From contig RBZT01000198.1 of assembly GCA_003693705.1 (NCBI GenBank), positions 62,001 to 126,000 of the forward strand: a stretch of 64,000 nt of DNA, given 5' to 3'. Position numbers and translations under genes: made by a program. Origin of the DNA: Polymyxa betae A26-41. Taxonomy: Eukaryota > Protista > Endomyxa: Phytomyxea. Below the pieces are notes generated by a model that was given only the letters and a program-made list of their open reading frames with translations, ran no database searches and was not told where the DNA came from. Shown piece after piece: positions 41,835 through 53,663 of this stretch (positions are counted from its first letter, which is position 1; the number at the start of each line of letters is the position of its first letter).

Positions 41835-42686
41835 CAGGCCTCGTTAAACCTGGCAAATGCCAGAATTACCAAAAATAGCTTATTTTTGGCACCAGATCTG
41901 GCTCTAATTTTGGAATTTTTGGAATTGCTAGAAAATCAGCCAGAAAGCGTGGTTTATTAAATTTTATATCATCAATTTCATGATTGTTTCATACTGTTTT
42001 GATTGCATCACTCTTTCAAGTGAAAAGATCAGCAATTGACTGGCGGTACTCGTTTTCCACCCTAGAGTGGAGAAGTCCTACTCGACAGTGGAAGTATTTG
42101 GAGACAGAGTTGCCAAGGCTCCTGCAAATGATTGCAGTGTGGGGAATCAGGTCTTTGACCAGAAGCCATGATTGCCGGAATGAAGCCGTGGTATTGTGTA
42201 ATAATTATCCCAAACTCACGACCACGCAGACGGCAAAGCTTATGGGGGGAAACGGTGGGATTGCAGTGGTCGATTGGGTTGTTTTTGAATCTCTCAAAGC
42301 ATAAAATTTTGCAACTCCGTCAACAAACCCCACCAAAAGCTGTCCCTGCCACATTTGCTGATCCCATTTGGCCATTTTCTTTTTTATTATTGCGGAAATA
42401 AACAATCCTTGGTCTTTAAGAAATCATGAAACATCATCATGGAAGACAGAAAAAGACCCAGAATGCTCATGCTGTTCACGACCAGCGATTTCCTCAGGCG
42501 AAAGCGGCCCAAAAACTTCACTATAGGCTGAACGACGAGTATCAATCGTTGAAGCTTTGCTTTCTGTTCAAAACCGCTATCATTTTTACTGCTTAATTTT
42601 GGCATATTTTTTTCCTTAATTTTGGTAAATTTGGCATCTATTAATAGTTTGCCAAATTAATAGTTTGCCAAATTTAACGAGGCCTG
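41835..42686. mobile_element. hAT-like non-autonomous DNA transposon
   Basis: 23-bp TIRs CAGGCCTCGTTAAA(CC/TT)TGGCAAA (21/23 match). Flanks CTATAAATA and CTATAATA resemble an 8-bp TSD with a 1-nt slip. Repeated subterminal AATTTTGG motifs. Confidence 0.8.
42640..42671 (+). repeat. Tandem 16-bp duplication ATTAATAGTTTGCCAA at the right end of the hAT-like element
   Basis: Two exact adjacent copies. Confidence 0.9.
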
Positions 42687-43209
42687 CTATAATACATCCC
42701 TCTTTGAATACATCTCATATACAGTATAGTGTGTGTATTCATTCATGTGCTGATAGTGTATTCAACTATAGGTTATCTTCTAATATTCATATCATCATAC
42801 TATTACCGACTATGTATAGACTCGGGCTATTTAGACATCAGACAACTCTGTTACCTTCGTCTATCCTAACTGAATTACTAGTTAACTGTCCCAATATTTG
42901 CGATAAACACATCAAACATTAAAATGCTTTAATTTGTTGAACATTGGATGTCAAGAATCTGATGTGCAATGCAAAGTTTTCAAATAAATTCTTCTAACCA
43001 TCTGACTAGCCACAGTTTTTTACGTTTGTTAGGAGAAGCTTGTTTTCAGCATCAGGTCGATACTCGTATTTCAGATTATATTGCTTAAAGTAGTGATCTG
43101 ATGGCGAGATAGACTGTAGAAATCTTTTCTGCAGTACAATTCAAGTAATATGTTCTCTTGAATAGATTTTGCGCTGAATTTTGGGACTTCTCAGTATAGA
43201 TTATTATCA

Positions 43210-45673
43210 ATGGCGAGTGGGATGATGACATTATCAGAGTCAACCCATCTCATATCTAATACTGATCATGTATCTATTGCATCTGAACTACAACCTGAAC
43301 AAGATCCACAACTACCAATACAGTCTCAACCAGATCAACATATCCATCCAGCTCAGATTGGAGATCATGACCGTATCTGGGTAATTCGTACAACAGGCGA
43401 AATGTTTCGAACCTACAGTGAATATATCAATCGTATAGCAGATCTGCGACGTCCTGTTTATGAATGTCCATTATCAGGACGTACTGGTCTGAGATATGAA
43501 GAGACGTTATCAGGCAGCCGATTGGTTGAGGAGCGTCTTAGCAGTTTCCCATCTGAGCTCACGAAACAGTTTTTAGATCATGTTCATCATCGCACATCTA
43601 AACTGAATGATCTCATCAATTCTGTCTATAAGATTCTTGATGGTACTGTTTCGAAACAGCTCATCAAGTTGAAGATTAAACAGACCACACAACGAGCACC
43701 ACATTCAAAAGCACCTTGGGTTGTACATGCTGATTTACTTAAAGAATTTGGTATTGACGATAAACCACTCTCTGAAGAAGCTCAGGTTTATAGGTTTGAC
43801 ATCCAATTGTTGCGGTTTCTTTCTGATATTGTTCGGTGTCATAGGATATATTGGACGCTTGGAAATCTGGCAAACCACTACGTCGGCGTGGTGGTGCTGG
43901 ACCACCACCTACTGTCAGCGATGACGTCGCTGTTAATGAAAAAACTCTACTTGAAGATACTGAGATTGCTGATTTTGATAAATTCCATCCTCCTGAAATC
44001 TGTCATGCACCTGAATGGGTCTTAAACTCAAATCTTGGTATCAATTTTATCTCTATTTCTTGGTTGTTTCAAGCTGATGCTGTTGTAGATTCGTTTCGAG
44101 ATATCTATATGGGATGGAATTTCATTCATCGATTCCATCGCGATGTGGCTGTTTCCAGGTTCTCATTTCAGGAATGGCTCGAGGCTGTTCATCATCCTGA
44201 TTCATCGAAAATTTACTTTGAAGTAAGCTGCTATGGTTTTTTTTATTTGAATAATTTCTAATGTAATGTCAGGTTGTAGACTCCTTGATTCATCTATTGC
44301 GATTTGGGAAACCTGCAACAGGTCCAAGTTCATCAATCGAAATTGAACAGGTTTTACTCAATTTCTATAACAAAGCTATCTGTTTTAAACCTCTCATTCA
44401 GATAATCAAGATTCTGTTACCTGCTCACGAAGCAATGGAAGAACTGATTGGAACTGGTCTTAAATTCATGAACGAAATCTCAGTTCTGGAATCCGTTGAA
44501 CAGCTATTTTCAGCTCCAGCAAAAGTTAGGTGAGTTCATATTTCATGCCTCAAATCTCAACTTTTAGCTGATTGCGTTTAGAGCGTTTATTGTTCGGCAA
44601 TTGTGTGATCAGGCACTAAGCTCTGAGCACATTCGTGCCGTTATCGACAATGATGTTGTTGTTCGACAAGAGCTAAAGCAATCCCAGAAAAGTCAGCTGA
44701 ATGACGAAAGGAAAGATTTGAAGAAACAGAAAGCTCTGATTAAGCAGGTTCGCTAATACTATACAAGTTACGACAGAGTTTCTGATATTCGATTCAGGAA
44801 AAGCAGAATTTGGCTCAAAGTAAATCTACTAATCTGGTAGAACAAGTTCGGCAAAGCATGGCTTCTGAAATTGGTGCTGATGTGAGCTGTTTGGAATCTT
44901 GTTATGCCATTTCTAATTTTTGGGATCGTAGGGTAATCCTAAATCACGTCAGAAGATCATCGCTGAACAAAAACAATTAAAAGCAGCCGAAGCCGAGCAA
45001 CGTGCTGCTGAACTAGAGCAGCAGAAGGTCATATTTCTGTTATACCTTTTTTTACTTCTCACCTCAGTTTAGGCAGAATCTCGGATCAAAATGCTAGAAC
45101 AAAAATATGATGCTGCAGTGAAGGTCGCACGATTTAATTCTAGAGTTGCAACGTTGTAATTCCATATAGGACGCCGGAAGAAGCAACCAATGCTTATCTT
45201 TGATCAAAATGCTGAAACTGCAAGTTCGTGGTTCGCCTTTGGGGTTGGATCGTTTCCATAATGAGTATTACTGGAGCCCAGAATCGCAGGTATTGGTTAT
45301 TTTGTTGATTAAACCCAAGAGTCTTGATATCTGTGGTTAGGGATTGATGGTTGTTGTACGTCCATCAGGAGTTTGGGGTTGGTATGATTCTCCTGAACAG
45401 ATTAACTCTCTTTGCGAGTTCTTGTCTGACAAGGGTATTCGGGAATCGGCATTTCTGGAAAAGCTCAGAATTCTTCAGCAATATATTGTCGACGAACTGC
45501 AAGCGGAAGTGTCTTCTGACAAGGTTTGCTGTTCTATATCTGATTTGCAAAACGCCACTGAGTTAGGCTAGAACCTGGGTCCTGAAGGCAGCAAGCCCGT
45601 CAAACGAAAAACAAGAGCAAATCGGGAGAATGAAGGAGCGTGGAGTAATAAGCTTAGGCGAATGTCTCAATAA
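43210..45673 (+). CDS. WAC-DDT-WHIM ISWI partner (ACF1/BAZ1A/Itc1-like), spliced
   Basis: WAC (TGEMFRTYSEY...CPLSGRTGLRYEE), DDT (WNFIHRF...FSFQEW), PLGLDRFHNEYYW and WGWYDSPEQINSL...KGIRES. Confidence 0.85.
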
Positions 45674-45796
45674 TATCAATGAATAGTTATATGTTTCTAG
45701 ATGTCACAGTTTAGATATCCTTGAAAGCTCAACAGCAGACAGACAAATCCGAAATATATTAGGCATTCGAAAAATGGCCAGATTAATTGATCAGTA

Positions 45797-47411
45797 TCAT
45801 GTTGGTGATGGTGATCTACCACGAGACCAAGAACGCGATCTTGATGCTCTTCTATATGATCTCTCAACAGAAGGAGAACTTGAATCATAATATCGACTTG
45901 AGCGGGATCGATAATGTTCTCCAGAACGAGATCGCGATCGTGATGCTTTTTTTCTTGAACCACGCTCTCGTCTGCCTCTATCATGCATCATTTTTCTACC
46001 GCGACCTGGCTCTTGATTGTTAGTTAAGGCATCCAGGTCATCATAGAAATCGTCTAAAAGGTCAGCTTCCGTGCCGTAATCTCGATCGTTGCCAAGATGG
46101 GTCCTGCGTGCTAAAGCCGAAAATGCCAACTGATTAAGCGTTGTATAAGGAGGAGCTTTTTTACATGCTTCAATAACTTCACTTGGTAGAACTGAACAAG
46201 AGTTAAAAGTATGCCAAAGACGAGCGAGGAAGTCGACCGATGAACGTGCTGGCAAGAATAACATTCGGTGGCAAATGAGGCAGCTCAGGACGAAATTCTG
46301 GAGGATCGAAATTGTCGCGACCTCGTTTTGGTGTGGCAATCTCCATAATCATCTGTACACGTAGTACATCACATGTAGCTGGAGGTATTATAGACCTCTG
46401 TCTCCATAAATCGACAACAGATTCAACCTAAGCGAGAACTCATGTGATTTCGCATACAGTAACAATACGATTTAATTAACCTGTTGCTGGTTTGATGGAG
46501 AGTTCATAGCATAGACCCGTTGCAACATTGGTCCTAGATGGCCACAGCATTCTAGAATAACGGGATGCGGCGTCGCCAACGCTCCTTGGTCATGTTTGGC
46601 GCGGTGCAATATCTCGCTGATTAGATATAAAAGTGCCAATTTGGAGTGGAACTCTAAAGAGCATAAAGCTATATCCATTGAATTTGCAACGAGCGGGTAC
46701 CTTGCGGCTCAAATCCAAAAGACATCATTTTGGATTTAATGGAGAGAATACAATCACGACAGTTCTCTTTGGACAGCTGGCATCTGAACAGCCAATCACA
46801 AGCCATTTTAACCGATTGTTTGGACACATCAATTGACGCTACAATTGAATTCCACTCGTCAATAGAAAAATTGGCATTGTTCTGCTGTGTAGACGGAAGA
46901 TCGCTACCGCTCGAATTCCGAGTCTAATCGAATGGTAAACAACCGAGTTAATTACGATGAGAAACGTGCAAACTTGAGGAGTTGCTTGAAACGAAGAAGG
47001 ATGAATAACAGGAGCTGGATGATATGGAGCAGAGATAGGACCTGGTGCAATTCCTGCATGTTTACTGAATTGATTCTGTTGAACCGCCCAGCGATAATAT
47101 TGATAATCTGGAGAATTTCTATCAAACAGAAAACGAAATTCTGAATTAAATCGCTGTTCCTTCATAATCATCGACTCGAAATCAGGACCTTTCTCAAACG
47201 TCAAAAAAATGGCACAAAAATTTCAACAGAGCACGAAGCACCATTTCGAGCTGTATAAGCAGCAAGGCGGTCAATTGCTGCACGAATATCTGGATCTGGA
47301 GATGGACCGAAGGTTAGAACAAGCATAAGAGATCCTCAGTAAAATACTAGTTGGAGGTGGTGGCGGTAATGGCATAGCAGATCTTGGATATGGTAATTGA
47401 TTAGAGATCAT
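45797..47411 (-). CDS. CHERP: CHERP-like SURP + CID + RS-domain splicing factor
   Basis: MPLPPPPP...IDRLAAYTARNGPDFESM (SURP), KLALLYLISEILH (CID) and an RS-rich tail. Confidence 0.75.
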
Positions 47412-47532
47412 GTTCTAATATGAGAATCAAACAAGAGAGCAGATGTTGAAAAGATATTTATAAAAGCCAGTAATGACACAGCGCGCACAACATTTCACAC
47501 AATTGCGCTGTCACGCAAATACTTTTTACCCA

Positions 47533-48944
47533 ATGTCTTTTACTGCATCTGTTCGTATAACAGATCTTGATGATTATATCAGTCCTGCAGCAGAATGTAT
47601 AATCCCTATCAAACCTGTAAAATCTGACCAGGTAAACACAGCAGTCGGCATCAAAGCGGAACCTGAATGTTCTGTCAGGTGTTACCATTCTCCCAAATTT
47701 CTCCGAAAGAGTCGACCTCTGCAAAAATCACATTGAATGATTGTCTTGCTTGTAGTGGGTGTATTACATCAGCTGAGACAGTTCTTATCAATCAGCATTC
47801 TATCGAGACGTTAAACAAAGTGCTTGCCGAGCCAGGCAGAACAGTAATCTTCTCCATCTCTCCACAATCTCGTGCTTCGATTGCTGCCCGATTCAATCTC
47901 GATCTAACCGCAGCATTCAAAAAGTTGACAAATTTTTTGAAACTTTATCTCAAAGCTAGTCATGTTTTCGACGCGGGCTTGGCAACCGATATCTCTTTAG
48001 TGGAGCAAAGTCGTGAATTCGTTAAGCGATTTCAGAAAGCGAAATTGAGACAGAATCCCTGCGATCTGTTACCATTATTAACATCGGAATGTCCTGGGTG
48101 GATTTGCTATTCTGAAAAGACTCAAGCTTCTGTATTACCTTATATCAGTACTGTGAGAAGTGCACAGCAGATCCTTGGTGCTGCTGTTAAACGATTTCTT
48201 CCACTTCAAAGTGTCTATCATGTATGTATAATGCCATGCTTTGATAAGAAATTGGAAGCTGCCAGGGCTGAATTTAGCAATGATATCGACTTGGTATTAT
48301 CGACATCAGAGATCAGCTCTTTGATCGAAGAGAAAGTTTCGGATTTGAATTGTGTGGAGCCCAGTCCACTTGAAGATAATTTTCTTCTCAATATGAAATC
48401 TGAGAAGATCATTGGCGTTGAAGACCATTTAGGATCTGGCGCCTTTCTCTCCTACACTTTCCGATATGCTGCAAAGAAGCTTTTCAATATCGATATTCAT
48501 GGTCCACTGACATTTAAGCCAGTCGGTCGTAATGCTGACTTCCAAGAGACATGCTTAGTGGTCGATGGAGTCAAAGTTTTAAGATTCGCCTATGCTTACG
48601 GATTTCGAAATATTCAGAATCTGGTTCGAAAGATCAATTCTGGTACATGCCCGTATCATTTTGTGGAAGTTATGGCATGTCCTTCTGGTTGTTTGAATGG
48701 TGGCGGCCAAATACGATCAGTTCAGACTGGTCCGAAATATCAGAAGGAACTGCTGGGTCGGGTTGCTGAGATCTACAACCAATTCGAATGTCATGATCCC
48801 GAATCGGGACCTTTACCCTTACAGTTATACGATAACTGGATTCCGAGCGCAGAGCCAGGATCTGATGCTGTTAAAGACTTGCTTCACACTTCTTACAAAG
48901 CCATGCAGCAACCATCCAGGAGTGCTTTGCTGGAGAAATGGTGA
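47533..48944 (+). CDS. NAR1: Nar1/CIAO3 cytosolic Fe-S assembly factor
   Basis: DLDDYISPAAECI, ITLNDCLACSGCITSAE, SECPGWICY, MPCFDKKLEA, EVMACPSGCLNGGGQ and terminal Trp. Confidence 0.95.
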
Positions 48945-49066
48945 AAGTGATTCAATCGCTGCGTAAGAATAAATATCTATTTATTATGTAGATCAATAAT
49001 AATACTGTATAATAATACTTAAATACAGTAGCATGTTGGGATGATATTAATCCTGTATCAATACTA

Positions 49067-50145
49067 CTAATCAGAATCTGAGCTGGCGTAATGGCTGCCA
49101 ACCAGCGAACCATTTTTTTTTCTTGCATTTTGTTTAGCTGATGATATCCTTCTAACTGAGACTTCCACAGACGATTTCTTTGCAGATTCTGAACGAATAG
49201 CTTTCAAATCGATATTTTTTTTCAGTACCAGATTCACGGCAGTTCGTCTTCGGTCTGGTTGTTTAAATATGGGTGCGGTTGTCAGAGCAAGCCTTTTGAG
49301 TTTTCGTTGGTCGGATCCCATCGGCCTTCCAAACCAAACCGAAGATGCTTGTTTGTCATCGTTCTCTGAAGGACGTAGAAGGGGATAAGGAAGGAAACTT
49401 CGTTGAGATTCTTTATGCTCCTCAGCTGACGATTTCTTGGCTTCTCTTAATGTTTTCCGCAGCTTCCTTGATAAAGAATAATCATCAAGAAGTTGGCTTT
49501 GCTGGTGGATAAGCTCTCGGATTTCATCCGCCTCAATATCGGCCTTCTTTTTGTTTGCTCCTCTTCTATCCAATGCAAACATGGGATCGTTATGCATTTT
49601 ATCTCGAGTTGCATCGTCCAAAAATTCAATAGTTCCAGCTTCCTCAGCATCGAAGTCCTCCGTTTTACGACGACCTCCAAATGCAACGACATATTCGGTA
49701 TTCTTCGGGTCAGTTTGAATTTGGATCAAATTGGAACATGAAGGACACTTCATGGAGAATTCCCATATTTTCGTTGTGAAGTAATTTCCGATAGCTTTCT
49801 TTTCTGCATTGAATCTTACACCTAACGTGACCGTTTGTCAAACGATTGAAGTCATTTGCTTTTGGATATGGACCTTTAGCAATATGACGTTCACATTGTC
49901 CACACCATATATTGAAGGGCATTTCGAATCGAACAACAAGAATCCCCTGATCAAGTTTCCTAGCTCGATCTCGTAGAGGATGCTGCCCTCGAAACTGGTT
50001 GATCGATCCTGAGCGAAAACTGGTAAGAGTCCGGGCACGACAACCATTTACAAGCTATAAACCCATCAAAAACAGTATGAAGGATACCTTTGGAAGGATC
50101 CCATGATGGTGGATAATACTTATTGACTGCCTTTCGTTCAGCCAT
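49067..50145 (-). CDS. CCDC130: CCDC130/YJU2B splicing factor
   Basis: MAERKAVNKYYPP, HPLRDRARKLDQGILVVRFEMPFNIWC and QTDPKNTEY. Confidence 0.92.
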
Positions 50146-50245
50146 GATGATTAATGCAGATGTGGAAGATGAAGACAGACAGGACGACAAATGCTGCGTA
50201 ATAATAAATCAGTAATAAGGAGTATTGTAATGTTACATTAATATC

Positions 50246-50834
50246 ATGTCTGTCATTATACATTATACATTCATCATGTTAACATGTCGTTATATGATGA
50301 ACATTCAGGGTCTCAGGTTTATAGGCTCCATTACAGATCGAGCTATTGTCCCGCTTGATCAAATCAATGTGGCTTTCTCAAGATCGTCCGGACCGGGAGG
50401 CCAAAATGTCGCTGCTTTGCTCGATCTTGAAATGAATGTTAACGGTTTTATTAGGTCAATAAAGTCAATACAAAGGTTGAAATTAGATTCAATGTTGATC
50501 AAGCATCTTGGCTGAGCGATTATGCTAAAGCTCGACTTAAAGAGCATCAAAATAAGCGCATCAACAAGGCTAATGAGATAATTGTTACTTCCATGGTCTT
50601 CAGATCACAACATCGTAATCTACAGGATGCTTTGAAAAAATTACAGTAGGTGGCGATATCGACACTCAATGCCTTTGTTAATTCTTGGCCAGATCTTACA
50701 TTGATGATGCATATAAAGCCCCTAAAGAGCGGATTGTGACCGTTAAGCCTGTATCTGCTGTTGAGACTCGTCTCAAAGACAAGCACGTCAGATCTGTGAA
50801 GAAACTTTGGCGGAAGAGACCTACTGAAGATTAA
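50246..50834 (+). CDS. ICT1: ICT1/ArfB-type peptidyl-tRNA hydrolase (GGQ), probably mitochondrial
   Basis: FSRSSGPGGQN|VNKVNTKVEIRF, RSQHRNLQDALKKL and a basic tail. The start codon is uncertain. Confidence 0.88.
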
Positions 50835-50894
50835 GACTCTGTAAACAGTGAGATGTGATCGCAACCGGTTGTAATACTTTATTTAACCTTCAAA

Positions 50895-51446
50895 TCATTT
50901 TGAGGAAGACGCATTGGCTGGCGGCTGTTCACTGGTAGTAGCATTAGTAGCATTACCACTAGTAGAGGCAGCAGCACTAGTCTGGTTTGTAGCATTTGAT
51001 GTTGTAGCATTTGATGGAATCAGCAAAGAGTTAATCTCATGAATCACTCCATTATCTGTCATAATATCAGGCTTGGTAATCTGAGTCTGATTGTTGATTG
51101 TTAATGTGCCATTAGCTGATTTAGAGATGTTCAGTGGTGATCCTCCCAATGTCTTCCAACTTCCAGTCATGTTCTGTGTCGTCAGATTACCTTCGACAAC
51201 GTGGTTCTTGATAATGCTTGTGAGCTGCTGCTTCTCTGTTGGAACAGTGGCATTTTGGAAGGCTTGGTTATTGGGAACGAAGATTGTGAAGGGACCTTTG
51301 CCTTGCACAGTTTCATTTAATCCAGACGCATTCAGCATCTGGCTCATTCTTGTAAATCCCGCCGAGCTAAGCTGTTCCGAGACGGAAACAGACATGCATA
51401 ATGATGCAGTGCATGATACTAAGATCACAGTTACAAATGTGTTCAT
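50895..51446 (-). CDS. Secreted fasciclin (FAS1) domain protein
   Basis: Signal peptide, GPFTIFVPNNQAF, HVV and DNGVIHEINSLLIP; Thr/Asn-rich tail. Confidence 0.9.
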   Translation of the reverse strand: MNTFVTVILVSCTASLCMSVSVSEQLSSAGFTRMSQMLNASGLNETVQGKGPFTIFVPNNQAFQNATVPTEKQQLTSIIKNHVVEGNLTTQNMTGSWKTLGGSPLNISKSANGTLTINNQTQITKPDIMTDNGVIHEINSLLIPSNATTSNATNQTSAAASTSGNATNATTSEQPPANASSSK

Positions 51447-52155
51447 GTTTAATGAATCTGGCCAGATTCGGAATGAACTCTCAAGACACGTTTAAAGCCC
51501 GATATCTGCATGAATCGGAGGGATCGGTCAATACTTTTTCGCTACCGATCACATTCTGTTCCGATGGCACGGTCTGAAGGGAATTCGTATTGCCACCACT
51601 TTTCTTGTACGAATATTCCTGATTGTTGGACATTATCACAGCCAAAATGATGGAAAATAGCTTTCTAGAATTGCAGAACCTGAATCTTTGGCAATGGTCA
51701 TGCTCAAAAGCAGGAATTGCTGGGTGGTAATATCAGTGGAAGGTACCAAGGTATCAATCACAACATCTGTAATATGAAGGCCATGCGAATGCAATGCTTT
51801 CCACTACCTATACCTATATGTCTCAAATCTCTAAACTTGCTATCAATTGGTTGTATTCCATAACAAAAAACGAGAAAGCCTTGATCATCTCCACAATGTT
51901 ATCAGAAGAATTTCACAACTTTATAGGTAATACATCGAATAATGACTCTATACTCGTCTTTTGGCTGATGATCACACTGGCTGTGAAAATGTTGCCAAAT
52001 TTTGCACCTATTTCAGTTTGATATTAAGCTTATATCCATATATTGATATATTTCTGAGACGCAGATCAGATAGTCCGTGACGGAGTCCGTCCAGGTTGTC
52101 CTTGGTGTTCCCTCTTCATTGTCAGATCTGGGGTTCGTCATCCTCGTCATCCATC

Positions 52156-53396
52156 ATGTCTCACCGTAAGTTTGAAGCTCCCCGACATGGTTCTTTGGGT
52201 TTCCTTCCTCGAAAGCGCTCCCGTACTATCCGGGGTCGTGTCCGTTCTTTCCCCAAGGACAACTCTACGGATCCTGTCCATCTGACCGCCTTCATGGCCT
52301 ACAAGGCTGGTATGACCCATGTCCTTCGTGATGTCATTCGTCCTGGATCGAAATTGCACAAGAAGGAAGCTGTTGAAGCCGTCACCATCTTGGAAGCTCC
52401 TCCTATGGTTGTTGTTGGTATGGTCGGCTATGTCGCCACACCTCGTGGTCTTCGTACTCTTACCACCGTCTGGTCTCAACACATTAGTGCCGATGTGAAG
52501 CGCCGTTTCTACAAGAACTTCTACCGCTCCAAGAAGAAGGCCTTCACCAAGTATGCCGCTCGTGTCTCTGCTCCTGGTAACAGTGAAATCGAGGAACAGT
52601 TCGAGCGTATCAAGAAGCACTGCTCGGTTGTTCGTCTTCTGGTTCATACCCAGATCCGGAAATGCATGCTTCGTCAGAAGAAGGCTCATATGATGGAGAT
52701 TCAAATCAATGGTGGCAATGTTGCCGACAAGGTTGCCTTTGGCAAGGACGTAAGTAGCAATAATAACCTTACATTGCATGAAGTTGATCTAATTTGTGAT
52801 AGTTGTTTGAGAAGGAAGTCCCTGTCCGATCTGTATTCACTGAAGGTGAATCTGTTGATGTGCTCGGTGTCTCAAAGGGTTGCGGTGTTAAGGGTGTCAT
52901 CTCTCGATGGGGTGTCACCCGTCTGCCTCGTAAGACTCACCGAGGTCTTCGTAAGGTCGCTTGTATTGGTGCCTGGCACCCTGCCCGAGTCTCCTTCTCT
53001 GTTGCTCGTGCTGGTCAGAAGGGCTACCATCACCGAACTGAGGCCAACAAGAAGATTTACAAGCTGGGTCTCAGTGTCAAGGCTGAAGAGTCTGCTAAGG
53101 GCAATGCTTCTACTGAAGCTGATCCAACTGTTAAGCACATCACACCGATGGGTGGCTTCCCTCACTATGGTGAAGTCAATGAAGATTACGTCATGATCAA
53201 GGGTGGTGTTATTGGATCTAAGAAGCGTGTTATCACTCTGCGTAAGGCCATGCACAAGCCCACTTCTCGTCGTGAAGCTGAAGAGCCTAACATCAAATTC
53301 ATTGATACCTCCAGCAAGTTCGGACACGGTCGCTTCCAGACGCAAGCTGAGAAGTCTGATTTTATGGGTCCTATGAAGTCTCGCGATGAAGAATAA
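52156..53396 (+). CDS. RPL3: 60S ribosomal protein L3 (2 exons)
   Basis: [21 protein letters not shown] ... [16 protein letters not shown]. Confidence 0.98.
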
Positions 53397-53663
53397 ATCT
53401 ATTTACTTATATTCAGACTCGCAAAATATGTTTTTACTCACATTATTTATCTGTTAAATATTCATTTGTGTAGCTATCACTGGAATAGCCTGTCCCTTAA
53501 TAGTTTCAAAGTTTACACGATTTGATTTTGCATACCCCTATTAGTAATAGGAAACCACCATGATTATGCAGAAACGAAGCTACTCACAGTGTACATACAA
53601 TGAAAATGATGATTTATGGGATAGATGGATAATGCAAAAAAATCAAATATACGATCTCATAGC

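Noticed and set aside
52147-53345. Long antisense ORFs over RPL3
   Set aside because: Shadow ORFs expected from strong codon bias in a highly expressed gene.
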